64,000 bases of DNA from assembly GCA_964016885.1 (NCBI GenBank), contig OZ024741.1, positions 288,672,001-288,736,000 of the forward strand, given 5' to 3'. The notes under the pieces are model-generated. The model was not told the DNA's origin and did no database searches. It worked only from the letters and a program-made list of their open reading frames with translations. Position numbers and translations under genes: made by a program. Shown piece by piece: positions 31,343 to 45,689 of this stretch. This DNA comes from Eledone cirrhosa. Taxonomy: Eukaryota. Numbering within the stretch: position 1 is the stretch's first letter; each line of letters begins with the position of its first letter.

Positions 31343-31348
<6 letters not shown>
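30795..31348 (+). mobile_element. PLE 3' end or pseudo-LTR (family I) with a hammerhead core at 31228-31255
   Basis: CTGAAGA-a-GGGC-ttat-GCCC-GAAAC-GTC (stem I degenerate), AATAAA at ~31290, and (TA)n downstream. Confidence 0.65.
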
Positions 31349-31401
<53 letters not shown>

Positions 31402-31407
31402 AATATA

Positions 31408-31493
<86 letters not shown>

Positions 31494-31831
31494 GTATGTA
31501 AGTATGTATGTAAATGAAGTATTTCCGTCGGAAAGGTACAGGAAAAAAGAGTGCTTTATGTAGGCTACTAATTATTTCATTTGCCAGTGGTTTCTTGAAA
31601 GCAGATGTTGTGTCTGTCTTCAGTCGTCAGAATGAATAAATAACATGGTGTTTTTATTAAATATGGATTTGAAAACAAAATTTATGAAATATGAAAGTGA
31701 AGCTGAAAAAAAAATATATGCATGTATGTATTTGTGGATTTGAGTACATGTGTATGCATTTATGCATGCATGTATGTATGTATGTATGTATGTATGTATG
31801 TATGTATGTATGTATTTATGTATGTATTTAT

Positions 31832-32440
31832 GTCAGGTCACCAGTTGGTGCTACTGGCAACATGTATCCCATACAACCTGTCTCATGGTCGAGTCGTTGG
31901 CGACTAAACTGGCAACTCCACCAAGGTTTCTTGGTGAGGAGGGTGACTTTGGACATCCTGCCGGACTAAAAACAAAACCTGTCAAAGGGCAAAGGAATTC
32001 TTAAGAGTCAATGGCCATCCAAAATCACCGGGAGAGATGACGCCTTAGCCTTTGTCAAGGCAGAATTCTAGGAGAAGGAAAACTCTGATATAACACCTGC
32101 AACCCTGATGGTATCCAATGATGTTGACTTGTTCTTCTTTTTGGTAAATATCATCTGGTTAAGAGAGTGGGACTGGCTTTGTGCAGTGCCTTTGCTCACT
32201 ATAAAAGCTTCACGGCACAGGCATTGCTTTAGATCTGGAGATCTCTCTGCACTTGTCGTCACATGGTACCATGGGCCCAACACTATGTGTCAGTAATTGT
32301 CACAAGTGTAGTGTTTGTACCAGAGTTTTCAAGTCGCTGGATGGACTAAAAAGTCACACTCGTTCAGTGCCTCGGTAGGAGTTCTCCTACATGGATATAA
32401 AGTAGTGGCCGTACTCTAAAACGAGTTGGCAGCCACCATG
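31832..32440 (+). mobile_element. Full-length non-autonomous RTE derivative
   Basis: Colinear with 28557-29171, preceded by (TATG)n. Confidence 0.85.
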
Positions 32441-32452
32441 TATATATATATG

Positions 32453-32612
<160 letters not shown>

Positions 32613-32649
32613 TATATATGTGTGGGTGGGTGGGCGGTATTAACTGTGT

Positions 32650-32842
32650 ATCCATGTCTATGTGCATCCGGTGTAGATTAGGCACATCGTATCCCTGCGT
32701 CTCGTAAAAGTGACTAAAATGTTTTGGTGTCACAAAGTCATGCGGCTGTAAAACATTGCCTCAACATGTCCCGACCATCCTATACCAGCATAGGAAAGTC
32801 GAAGTGGAAACGATTATGTTAATGACGATGGTGATGACGATT
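32650..32842 (+). mobile_element. Diverged SINE 3' part with an RTE-type tail
   Basis: GGCTGTAAAAC.TTGCC...CC.ATACCAGCATAGGAAAG...ACGAT..(GAT)n, with a tail resembling 22545-22595. Confidence 0.45.
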
Positions 32843-33089
32843 ATACATACATACATGCATTCATACATACATTCATGCATACATACATACATACATACAT
32901 ACATACATACATGTATACATACATACATACATACATGCATTCATACATACATACATTCATGCATACATACATACATACATACATACATACATACATACAT
33001 ACATACATACATGCATTCATACATACATTCAAGCATACATACATACATACATACATACATACATACATACATACATACATACATACATA

Positions 33090-34366
33090 CATGATGGCTG
33101 CCCCCTCGTTATCGAGTACGGACATTGCACGATATACCATAATTAATAATTATTTATTAATTCTATCGTGCAATGCCTGTGCGTGAAGATATTTATAAAA
33201 GTGAGAAAAGACTGTGCACTGAGCCAATCCCACTCTCTGAGCGACAGTAGCTATAACCCGAAAAGAAGAAAAGATCAACATCATCGGTAACTACTGAGCC
33301 GCAGGTTTTATATCAGAGTTATCCCAGTTTCCTGAGTTGCCTTCTCCTAGAAGAATGCCCTGACAAAGGCTAGGAGTCCTTCACTCACATACATATATAC
33401 ATACATGGTGGCTGCCAGCTCGTTTTAGAGTACGACAACTACTTTATATCCATGTAGGAGAACCCCTACCGATGCGCTCAACGAGTGTCACTTTTTAGTC
33501 CAGCCAGCGACTTGAAAACTCTGGTACAAACACTACATTTGTGACAATTACTGACACATAATGCTGGGCACATGGTACCATGTGATGACAAGTGCAGAGA
33601 GATCTCCAGATATAAAGCAATGCCTGTGCCGTGAAGCTTTTATAGTGAGCAAAGGCACTGCACAAAGCCAGTCCCACTCTCTTAACCAAGATGATATTTA
33701 CCCAAAAGAAGAACAAGTCAACATCATTGGATACCATCATACATACATACATACATACATACATACATACATACCTACATACATACATACATACATACAT
33801 GGTGGCTGCCAACTCGTTTTCGAGTACGGCCACTACTTTATATCCATGTAGGAGAACCCCTACCGATGCGCTGAACGTGTGTGATTTTTAGTCCAGCCAA
33901 CGACTAGAAAACTCTGGTACAAACACTACACTTGTGACAATTATTGACATATAGTGCTGGGCCCATGGTACCATGTGACGACAAGTGCAGAGAGATCTCC
34001 AGATATAAAGCAATGCCTGTGCCGTGAAGCTTTTATAGTGAGTAAAGGCACTGCACAAAGCCAGTCCCACTCTCTTAACCAAGATGATATTTACCAAAAA
34101 GAAGAACAAGTCAACATCATTGGATACCATCAGGGTTGCAGGTGTTTTATCAGAGTTTTTCTTCTCCTAGAATTCTGCCTTGACAAAGGCTAAGGGGTCA
34201 TCTCTCCCGGTGATTTTGGATGGCCATTGACTCTTAAGAGCTCCTTTGCCCTTTGACAGGTTTTATTTTTAGTCCTGCAGGATGTCCAAAGTCACCCTCC
34301 TCACCAAGCAACCTTGGTGGGGTTGCCAGTTTAGTCGCCAAAGACCCGACCATGAGACAGGCTGTA
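33090..34366 (-). mobile_element. Stack of three non-autonomous RTE derivatives separated by (CATA)n
   Basis: Copies at 33090-33385 (divergent subfamily), 33404-33739 and 33798-34366. Confidence 0.85.
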
Positions 34367-34400
34367 CATACATACATACATACATACATACATACATACA

Positions 34401-34431
<31 letters not shown>

Positions 34432-34490
34432 CCGCTATGCTAGAAAACAATTTATTTTCATATATATATGTATATATATGTAAATAAATG

Positions 34491-34581
<91 letters not shown>

Positions 34582-34637
34582 TTATTTACATATATATACA
34601 TATATATATGTAAATAAATTGTTTTCTAGCATAGCGG

Positions 34638-34668
<31 letters not shown>

Positions 34669-34743
34669 TGTATGTATGTATGTATGTATGTATGTATGTA
34701 TGTATGTATGTATGTATGTATGTACAACCTGTCTATATATATA

Positions 34744-37700
34744 TCACCTTGATCACTTTGACCGACCAGTCTGTCGGGCGTCATTTCGGCGCCGCTGATC
34801 ACAGCACGCCGTCCATTCTTCTCTGGGTTGTGCTTTCCTCATCCATGTAGTCCCAATCATATTCCTAAAATCGTAACTCCACCCTCGTGGAGACCTTCCG
34901 AGTTGTCGTTTCCACTCGCGCGGGTACCACTCGGTAACTGCGCGGGTCCACCAATTATCGGTGAACCGGGCGACGTGTCCAGCCCATCTGAACTTGCTGC
35001 GCATATATTCCGTGATGACGTCCCTCACGCGGGACTTCTGTCTGATGACTTCGCTCCTGATGTGCTCTCTCAACGAGATTCCTAGCATTGATCTCTCCAT
35101 GGCTCTTTGAGCCGTTACCAGCCTCTGCTCTCCTCTCTTCGTTGTAGCCCAAGTTTTACTGCCATATAACATTGCAGGTAAAACTGTGCTATTGAAGAGG
35201 TTGGCGCGGGTGGTCTTGTCCAACCTCCCCTTGAGCACATCTCTTATGCCGTTGAACGCCTTACATCCGGCCCTTACTCTCCGCAAGATCTCCTTCTCAA
35301 TGTCTCGGCGCATGTTCACTTCTTGTTCTAGGTAGACATATTCCTCCACCTCTATTTCATCACCGCCAACCACCATTCGACCAGTTGGTACGTTGTCGGA
35401 CCGCATGATCTTCGTTTTCATGCGGTTCATCTTGAGGTCTACTGCAGAGCTTTTGATGTCGAGCTCCGTCAGCATGGTCTGAAGCTGATCCGTGGTTTCA
35501 GCGATGAGTACGATGTCATCAGCGAAACGGAGGTGGGTAAGTATCTCGCCGTTGATGTTGACACCGCCTTGCCAGTCAATGCCTCTGATGATCTGCTCGA
35601 GACACGCGGTGAAAAGTTATGGAGAGATCGTATCTCCTTGCTTAACTCCCTTCTCGACCGGCACTCGTACGGGTGATGACAGCAGAGCTATGTCGGTGGT
35701 GCATCCGGAATTCGCCTCCTTGAGCAGTTGAACGTATTGCGCCTCGACTCCTTGTCTCTGCAGCGAGTTCAGCACTGCGTTGATTTCGACACTCTCGAAG
35801 GCCTTCTCGTAGTTTACGAACGCGACACAAAGAGGCATCTTGTACTCTTTCGCTCGCTCAAGCGGTTGTGTCAGAGTAAATATGTAGTCTATCGTGTTGT
35901 AGTTATTCCGGAAGCCGGCTTGCTCTCTCGGTTGCTGTTCGTCCAGATGACGTGATAATCTGTTCAGGATTATCTTCGTGAACAGCTTGTACACGTGATA
36001 CAGCAGGCATATGGGTCGGTAGTTCTTCAGATCTTCTCTATCATCCTTTTTGTGTAGCAGAATGGCATTCGACTCTTTCCACTGCGATTCACACACTATC
36101 TGGACGAGGGAAGAATACTTCCCTCGTCCAGATAGTGTGTGAATCGCTCGGCGAGGATTTTCCGGAGCTGCTCTCCGCCTGACTTCAACACCTCCGATGT
36201 TATGTCGTCTTTCCCTGGCGCCTTTCCGCTTTTCATCAAGCCGACGGCTCTTTCGACCTCACTGACAAGGATGGGTGGCTCATTTTCTTCCTGTTGGAGT
36301 GATGGCAACGGCTGCACATTCCCGGCAGACTTGAAGAGCTTCGTGTAGAAGTCTTCGCAAACCTTTTCCACCTCACTCTTGTCGCTAATCGGTACTCCAG
36401 CTGTGTTCTTCAGGGTCGTCACCTCCGATCTGTACATTGCCATGTCCCTTTTGCATTTTTTGAGGCTCTTCTTTTCCTCTGCGGCCTTCAGGAGCTTCTC
36501 CATCCGGTATGCCTCGAAGTCTTCTTTCAGTTGTTGACGTATCACTCTGCTGAGAAGGGAATATTCGAGGTGATCTTCAGGTGTCCTCTTCTCAAGCAAC
36601 TTCATAGTTTCCTCCGAGACTCTTCTCTTCTGCTCCCTCGGGCACACACCTTAGCCTTCCTCAAGCACTCCTTCAGTTTCCTTATCAGTGAGTCGTAGTC
36701 AACGTCTATGCCGTCTTCTTGACGCCAGTTTTCCTGCATGATGGCTTCCTGCAGCTGCGCCTCGTTGAAGACCCGGACGCGTTCTCCCTTCGACGCCAAA
36801 TGTAGCGCCTTCTTCTCCCTCGTCTGGTCAATGACGACCTTTGCCCTCACCAGACGATGATCACTGCCAGTGTTGAATGGCGTTATGACGGAGACGTCCT
36901 GCAGTATGCGTCGCTTGTCGACCAGGATGTAGTCGATCTCGTTTCGGTGCTCAGAATGTGGCGATACCCAGGACCATCTCTTCTCCTTCTTCCTGAATAA
37001 GCTGTTTCCTATGTAGAGCCGTCTAGCCTCCGCCATGTTGACCAGACGCTCTCCTCTCTCATTTCGCTCTCCTAGGCCGAATCTTCCGACATACTCTTCC
37101 CCTTGCCGCCCCTGTCCGACCTTTGCGTTGACGTCTCCCATCACGAGGGTGTAAGTGGACTTCACAGCTAGCACTTTGTCTAGCTGGCGATAGAATTCTT
37201 CCACTTCATCGTCGTCGCTGGCACTTGTGGGAGCGTAAGTCTGGACGAACTTGAGGGTGGCCTTCCTGAGGGTTCACGTTAAGTACACCAATCCGTGACG
37301 ATATGAGCTGGCAAGAAGCGACCTTCGAAGCCCATTCCTTGCTTACGATGAACCCTATACCTCTGACCGATCTGGCACCCTCTGCTTTCTTTCCCGAGTC
37401 TCACGGCGCATCCATCTTACCATCGCGAACTCGCCTCCTTCTTCTGGCGGGTCTCACACAGCCCTAACACGTCACACCTGATCTTCTTCTTCTCCTCCAT
37501 TAGGTGGTTCAGTCCTTTCCCTCCTGCCAAAGACCTGTAGTTGTAGGTGCATATGGCAAGGTTAGTCTTGTTCCATGGCGGCCTTCGGGAACCTGTGATT
37601 CTTAGCAGCCTCTCGTCGCTCGGGTTGCACTCCGCCGTCGTGGAGTGGCTCGATTGACGCGCAGGGTACTGAGGCCCTTTTCTTCGTGCTGTTTTAGCCA

Positions 37701-37922
37701 TAAGATGACGCCATCCCACTGGGTGGGTGGGCAGGCCGGTACCTCTTCAGTTTAGCTAGCTTTTGAACTCTAGAAGATGATGAATCATCTCTAGGACCAA
37801 TAGTCTGATACCTGTGTAGCATGGTAAAACCTGCCAGGACATAGAGTCCCGTTACCATAGCTATCAGATAGCCAGGGTCACCGCTGCGCCACTTTTGAGG
37901 CACTGAAGAAGGATTTTGCAGA

Positions 37923-37925
<3 letters not shown>
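34744..37925 (-). mobile_element. Near-full-length RTE-clade LINE (APE plus RT), inactivated by frameshifts and stops
   Basis: APE motifs (ICTYN, GLCET, MGD.NAKVG, NEIDYIL, SDH) and RT motifs (KAPGKD, NYRPICLL, EQAGFR, YEKAF, GVKQGDTISP, FADDIV, RWAGH) lie across 37719-34753. Both flanks are TA. Confidence 0.95.
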
Positions 37926-38470
<545 letters not shown>

Positions 38471-38495
38471 CACAAATATGACCCTCCCCAAGTAT

Positions 38496-38589
<94 letters not shown>

Positions 38590-38597
38590 ATATATAT

Positions 38598-38668
38598 ATT
38601 GGGTCGTCAAGTATGAAATTTGTAGAAATTTATTTTTTCTACAAATTTCTACAAATTTCATAATCTAA
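38598..38668 (+). mobile_element. Mariner-like terminal fragment
   Basis: TA|TTGGGTCGTCAAGTATGAAATTTGTAGAAAT, with a second copy reversed at 4895-4946. The TIR assignment is an inference. Confidence 0.4.
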
Positions 38669-38670
38669 TA

Positions 38671-38753
<83 letters not shown>

Positions 38754-38766
38754 GTGTATATATATA

Positions 38767-38854
<88 letters not shown>

Positions 38855-38859
38855 TAAAT

Positions 38860-39797
38860 TATTCCGGGTTATGAAACATTCAGGACCCAGACGGGTACTA
38901 GAATCTCAAACTTCTCTACTAAGGCTTTCTTTGACAGGGCGGCACCCTACTATAACATGGCGTTAGCTAACAGCGGCTTCTCGCAACCTATCACTTACTC
39001 TCCCACTATTAACAACAGCAATAAGAAAAGAAAGCGAAACAATAGACAAACTATCTGGTTCTCTCGTCCCTTCTCACTCAACGTTAAAACCAATGTAGGC
39101 AAAAAATTTCTAGATAGACACTTTCCCATACGTCATAAATACCGCTCCATCTTTAACCGACACAAAGTAAAACTAGGATACTCCTGCGCTAAGAACATGA
39201 AGGCCCACATCACCAGCAGCCCTAGGAGCAACACCCCACCAGGGTGCTCTTCAACAGCAATGCAACACACCCGCTGTAATTTATGAAGCTGTGGTCACTT
39301 CCAACCGACCAAATCAACCACAGGAGGTCAAATCCTATGTGGGTATGGCGGAGGGCCGACTATGTATTGATGAACGAATAAATATTCTAAAGAGATTATG
39401 CAATAGTGATTGCCTAAACACGAGAAATGAATTTTTCACGCGTTTTCCACACGTCTCGAAACCCTCTTACATAACTACAAAGCTCCGGATTGAATCACAA
39501 CAACATCCTTTTTCTTATCAACTAGAAACGTTTCGGACTTTCGCAGTTATCTCCCTTACACCTCCGCACGCTTTTTAGTATTGCCGGTGTGAAGTGACGG
39601 TTTCTGCGCATGCGCGTTCGTACGGTTGTCTTTCCTGTTCCGTATAACCATGTCCATTACGAGCTGAGGATCCGCTAAGGTGAAACAATTGTTCTCGGTA
39701 TGGTGAACTAACTGTTGTATAACCACGTCTACCTAATTCGTCCCATGGACTGAGTGCTCTACCACAACGGATATTACCTTCCAGTGTTCTACCACTA
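38860..39797 (+). mobile_element. Internally deleted Naiad-type PLE 3' region
   Basis: '[17 protein letters not shown]...IWFSRPFSLNVKTNVGKKFL..HFP..HKYRSIFNRHKVKLGYSC..KSYVGMAEG..LC..E..LNTRNE', with a hammerhead downstream. Confidence 0.88.
39660..39697 (+). ncRNA. Minimal hammerhead ribozyme motif
   Basis: CGAG-CTGAGGA-tCC-gctaa-GGt-GAAAC-AATT-GTT-CTCG, with stem I CGAG/CTCG. Confidence 0.75.
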
Positions 39798-40425
39798 TAT
39801 ATACATATATATATTTATATATATATATTATCTCTTTTAATTATAAGAACTCCAGGCTTCAATCTTAAATTGCATGTAAATATTTTCAATAAATTCTCAT
39901 TTTCATTGGTCTAATTCTAAGACATTCTGTATCATCATTTTTGTCAGTGGTTTCACCCCCCCCCCCCAAAAAAAAAAAAGAAGAAACGAAAGAAAACTAT
40001 TTATTTTATGCTGTTTTTATATCCAACCGTTGCTGTTCCTCACAGAAATGTTAATTTTAGCATACATAGCACAAAAAACTGACGACGACAACCTATCACC
40101 CTGGAAAATTTCTCTGTTTATCTTAATACTTCATAAGTCAAAGCAAGTATAACTAATTTTGTTTTTCATTTACTCATACTCTTAACAATCAATTTCCTTA
40201 TATTATCTGCTATCTCTTCCATCTCTAAGTATTCAATTATCAAGAAATGGGGGAATCATATCGTATGCCAATGTTTTATAATCGATTCCTATGAAGCTTC
40301 CTGCAATTTTGCAATATTAATTTATCTATCAATAATTGGTCGTTAGAATCTTTCGCCATACATTCGCCTATAGTTGTTATATACTCTGGTTATCTGTATA
40401 CACAGACACACACAGACACACACAG

Positions 40426-40475
<50 letters not shown>

Positions 40476-40552
40476 CACACACACACACACGCGCACACAC
40501 ACACACACACACATATGTGCTACACAACACACATGCGCACACACATATATAT

Positions 40553-40755
40553 ATATTCATTTTATTAAGGCTAGATCGTGAGTCTTGTTACCTTGCAGTT
40601 TCGCCTGTTTATCACGGGGTCATTTTGTCGGATGGCCCTGTGATAAATAGACGAAACTCCAGAGTAACAAGACTCACTATTTAGCCTTGATAAAATGAAT
40701 TATAAAAAATATACTTCAGTATTGAGTACCCTTTTCTCTCAGCCGTCAACCACAT
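40553..40755 (+). mobile_element. Fold-back mini-element family H (~70-bp diverged arms plus tail)
   Basis: 40554-40622 mirrors 40631-40699, each arm has the GAAAC half-core, and the tail contains AGTATTGAGTAC. Confidence 0.7.
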
Positions 40756-40904
40756 ACGGATACCTCACAAATCACACCCTACCAACTTAAAAAAATTGCT
40801 TGTCTTGTGCCAAAATAAGAAACAAAAATTAATCTACATTATTGAAGAAACGTAGATATATCAAAAATTGTAAGCTGTGTTGTCTCCCTTTTCTCGTTCG
40901 TCTA

Positions 40905-41135
40905 GATAACATCAACTATTGTATGGTGTCATTGTCATATATATAGGAATACTGCTGCGACATTTTGGATGGTACTACTGCTACCTAAATACAAATATCC
41001 CAGAATGCACTCGAAAGAAAGCCATCCGACTGAATAGTTTAATGCAATTCACTAAAACATTTCTACAATTGTTGGTCATAGACGGGCTGTCTCATCAACA
41101 CTATGATTTCGACTGCTACTTCTCTTCATTACTCA
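40905..41135 (+). mobile_element. Very old CR1/L2/Jockey-group LINE RT C-terminal remnant
   Basis: 'EYCCDILDG..AT' and 'RKKAIRL' resemble the EYCSHIW...RIQRKAIRL motif. Confidence 0.4.
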
Positions 41136-41559
41136 ATATCACCAAAGGCGAGGACCATAGGCAACCTCTATGTAAAGGGTTAGGGAAAGATGAGAGTGGG
41201 ATTAATGCCACAAAAATTCTATATATGCATATATATATATAAGCAAACAAAAGATCGCGGTAAAGTATAATGAAATATTTAGATGAAATATAGGAAGGAA
41301 ATAGAAGAGATTAGAGAATCAACTGCAATAAAATATGGTAAATGAGATGACAATATAGGTTCTAATAGAATAAATAAAATAAGATACTTGAACAGAAGCG
41401 ATAAATTATTAAAATGAAGGAAATCACCAACATCATGGAAAATACTTGTTAACGACGAATTTAAAAAGATCATGGTCATATTCTGTACGAACACAATGAA
41501 TTGGAAGTTTATTGAACAACTGAAATGACCCCACACCACCAAAAAAAATTACAAAGTAC

Positions 41560-41920
41560 TTTCAGCGTGTTCGGGAAATATCCAAGACGTTCGGGTAGAT
41601 GGATATGGCAAACGTAGTTCTGGTGGAAAATTCCTGGACAGGCGGCACTAGACAAAAAAACCTCGTCTCCATCATAGTATATTTAAGCCATTTGAATAAG
41701 AATAGGTGGACAGATTTTACAGCCAAAACGAACCGGCAGGAGACCCAGAGGAAGACACCAAGGAAGAGATTTGGATAACGTTCATGAGATCGGTTAGTCA
41801 TGCTTGGGGATCCAGCCGGATCAATTGGAGACGCCTGCTTCTGACAGGATCCGCTGGATGGAGAAATAAGTGCGAGAAGAAGAAGAAGAAGAAGAAGAAG
41901 AAGAAGAAGAAGAAGAAGAG
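41560..41920 (+). mobile_element. RTE-like LINE 3' end with (GAA)n tail
   Basis: 'GRRPRGR...LDNVHEIG.SCLGIQPDQLET.ASDRIRW' followed by (AAG)n. Confidence 0.6.
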
Positions 41921-41928
41921 CTCTGTTC

Positions 41929-41960
<32 letters not shown>

Positions 41961-42378
41961 CCGTCCGAATTCCGGTATAACCGAATAGTTAAGAAGTTCA
42001 TTTCCCAATCATGAGAAGCCTAGAGATTACGTACATTGTGCTGGCAAGTATCTATGGATGAGTGAGTCACATACATTATAACAGAAGACCGTATCTGTAA
42101 TTCAGAATTATCATACAATGTGCCCTGATGACTCTGCCCAAGAATCTGTTTAAAGGATAAAAATGCCTGTATAATATTTTACCGCTTACATCATAATCCA
42201 ATGAGTAGGTAGTCTAGTTGATCGAACAACTGGAATTCTGATCGTTTAAACCGATGGCAAACCCACACATACATTCACTCATATACATTCACACATCCAT
42301 CCACTCATATACATACACATACACATATACATATACATATACAAACATACATAGTTACGTAGATACATATATACATAG

Positions 42379-42450
<72 letters not shown>

Positions 42451-42580
42451 ATATATATGTATATATATATATATATGTATACAAATATATATGTATATAT
42501 ACTCGGTGATAAGACACATACGTACTCCGCAGAGTATGACATGCATGTATGTTTATATATGTTAGTATACACGCACACAG

Positions 42581-42712
<132 letters not shown>

Positions 42713-42725
42713 GATGATATATATA

Positions 42726-42833
42726 TAGAAGATGATTACGTTAGGTTCGATCACAGAATATATTATTTGTATACTGCAAACTGGTGTTGCTATATATATA
42801 TATATATATATATACATATATATATGTATATAC

Positions 42834-42869
<36 letters not shown>

Positions 42870-42951
42870 GTATATACATATATATAGCAACACCAGTTTG
42901 CAGTATACAAATAATATATTCTGTGATCGAACCTAACGTAATCATCTTCTA
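42726..42951. repeat. Perfect ~67-bp-arm inverted repeat around a TA-rich spacer
   Basis: TAGAAGATGATTACG...GGTGTTGCTA mirrors TAGCAACACC...CGTAATCATCTTCTA. Confidence 0.85.
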
Positions 42952-43387
42952 ATTAATACTTTCTCTGCTATTTATTCAATAAATGATTCATTCACACACT
43001 TAACCTCCTTTGTTTCTCCACTTTCTTTTGCTTTCTTTTACATTAATATATTGTTCTTTTTAACTATTTATTTACTGTTTGTGTAATGAGAGGAGAGAGT
43101 ATTGTGGCTGTATGAGTGTGGCTCTAACACGGGTATGTTGGGTGGCCTAGTTATCCACTGGAGAATATATTTCTTACGTATACACACTCCAGTCTTGCCC
43201 CCACCACATACATGCCATTGTATGTAGTCCGATAATGAGAAACATTAACATATAGACATATATTTACGCACATAATTGCACATACACATACACACATACA
43301 CACAGACAAACATATCGGGGAAAAACACACACACATAATATAATATAAATATAATATAAAATAATATAATATATGATATAATATAAT

Positions 43388-43578
43388 ATAATTGTTTCTA
43401 CTTTAGGCACAAGGCCAGCAATTACCCAGTACATTACTGGTACTTTATTTTATCGACCCTGTAAGGATGAAAGGCAAAGTTAACCACGGCGGGATTTGAA
43501 CTCAGACTGTAAAGGGACGTAACTATGCTAGAAAGCATGGCGTCCAACCCTCTACCGATACTGCCAATTCACCGCCCT
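43388..43578 (-). mobile_element. tRNA-derived SINE, full length (short subfamily)
   Basis: Colinear with 4306-4492, with A-box-like GGCGGTGAATTGG and B-box GAGTTCAAATCC on the minus strand. Confidence 0.9.
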
Positions 43579-43902
43579 ATAATATAATATAATATAATAT
43601 AATATAATATAATATAATATAATATAATATAATATAATATAATATAATATAATATAATATAATATAATATAATATAATATAATATAATATAATATAATAT
43701 AATATAATATAATATAATATAATATAATATAATATAATATAATATAATATAATATAATATAATATAATATAATATAATATAATATAATATAATATAATAT
43801 AATATAATATAATATAATATAATATAATATAATATAATATAATATAATATAATATAATATAATATAATATAATATAATATAATATAATATAATAATAATA
43901 AT
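43579..43902. repeat. (AATAT)n array ending in (AAT)n
   Basis: Directly visible. Confidence 0.98.
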
Positions 43903-44570
43903 AGGTGAGATGATAAAGGAAATTGACACTGAAGAAGGATACAAGTATTTGGGTGTTCTGGAGGCTGATGACATCAAGAATAAAAGAACGAAGGAATTGA
44001 TAAGAACTGAATACATTTGGAGAGTAAGGAGCGTATTAAAGTCACATCTGAACAGTAGGGATGTCATAAGTGCAGTAAATTCCCGAGCTGTGTCTATTAT
44101 TAGGTACAGTGCCGGAATTCTGAGATGGAATGTTGCTGAACAAAAAGAAATGGATAGGAAGACTAGGAAATTATTGACTATCTACAACATGTTCCACAAG
44201 AGGAGTGATGTCGATAGATTCTACTTAAGGAGATCTGAAGGTGGAAGAGGTCTTATCAGCATAGAGGACTGTGTTCAGATGGAAAAAAACAACCTACACA
44301 AATACGTGACTGATAGTAAGGAGCCAATGCTCAGAACTGTACTGAAGGAGAGGACAATAGACCAGGGGATGTCCAGGGAGGAAATAACAACAAGGAGAAA
44401 GAGCAGCCTTTAGGAAAAATCCCTTCATAGTACCTTCTTTGAGAAAACTGAATTCAGAGATCCACAGACATGGAACTGGTTGAAAAGAGGAGACCTTAAA
44501 AAGGCTACAGAAGGAATGTTAATGGCTGCGCAAGAGCAGGCCCTCAAAACGAAGTGGTTGAAACACCATA
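43903..44570 (+). mobile_element. Dong/R4-clade LINE internal fragment (RT thumb region)
   Basis: YKYLGV, NSRAVSIIRYSAGI..W, MDRKTRKLLT, DVDR.YL.R..GGRGL, LKK.TEG.LMAAQEQAL. It abuts (AAT)n. Confidence 0.92.
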
Positions 44571-44881
44571 TTTACTTCCTGTATTTAGTATTTTACCATG
44601 TTGTAAACACAAATGTTTATCAATCATTCATATATATCTCACTCAATCAACATATATTTATATATAGTTAATTTTACATAATTGTTTTATTGCATAATAT
44701 ATATTTCAATGACCTGTTTATTAATCATGCAATGGTTATATCATCGACAGTCTCCACGCGACATCATCAGATGTTCATAAAATTATTAGGTGTAGTTGTG
44801 CTGATATGCAGATATGACGCAGGTATGTTATTACCATGTTGGTGTGATGCGGGCGAACACACACACACACACACACATATT

Positions 44882-44913
<32 letters not shown>

Positions 44914-45303
44914 TCCGCCACTTTATGTTCTGATTATTTTACAGAAACACTAGTATAGATACGTGTGCAAACATACATACACACCATTTATGCACATCTG
45001 AAGAGTGCATAATCTCGGAGTCGAACCGCATTATTACATGATAATGTATTCATTTGTCAACTGTTTTGATCCGATTTTTCGAGTTATACATATAGCGGGA
45101 TTACGTGTTCAGGGAAACATCGTAAAATCTTTTAGAATAAAGTGTTTAAAGTTTAGATACTAAATCTATTTTATATTTAAAATATGAGCCCAACAAGATG
45201 CCAATTGATTCCTTCTAAAAATGAGTTCTCCAATCTATTGGGCGCTCATTCGACTGGGGCCATATCTGACTGTTTACGAATTGTTAGAAATAAAACAATT
45301 ACA

Positions 45304-45382
<79 letters not shown>

Positions 45383-45386
<4 letters not shown>

Positions 45387-45591
45387 CGAAGGAGTTGTGG
45401 TAAAGAACCAGATGGACCATAACGCACCAGAGTACTCAATACTTAGGGTAGTAGAGTGGGTAATAGAAAAATGTATGACCCCGACGGCAGAGCTGAAGCC
45501 GTTTCGACGGCTATTTCTGGACTAAATTAGAATTTAGTCCAGAAATAGCCGTCGAAACGGCTTGAGCTCTGCCGCCGGGGTCATACATTTT

Positions 45592-45595
<4 letters not shown>
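45383..45595 (-). mobile_element. PLE-derived fold-back mini-element, family A (longest arms)
   Basis: Centre reads CTGGACTAAATT-AGA-ATTTAGTCCAG, with (TA)n flanks. Confidence 0.8.
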
Positions 45596-45679
<84 letters not shown>

Positions 45680-45689
45680 TTAAGTATCG

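Noticed and set aside
31832-31960. Twister or HDV-like ribozyme at the 5' end of the RTE derivative
   Set aside because: Partial resemblances (TCCCATGG-type loop, GAGGAGGG, CTAA) could not be assembled by eye into a full fold. An Infernal scan would be needed.
40880-41242. Host exon after a strong pyrimidine tract and AG
   Set aside because: It is better explained as a frameshifted LINE RT remnant, and no clear donor was found.
42125-42150. CTGATGA hammerhead-like heptamer (also at 21361)
   Set aside because: There is no stem II followed by GAAA at a suitable distance.
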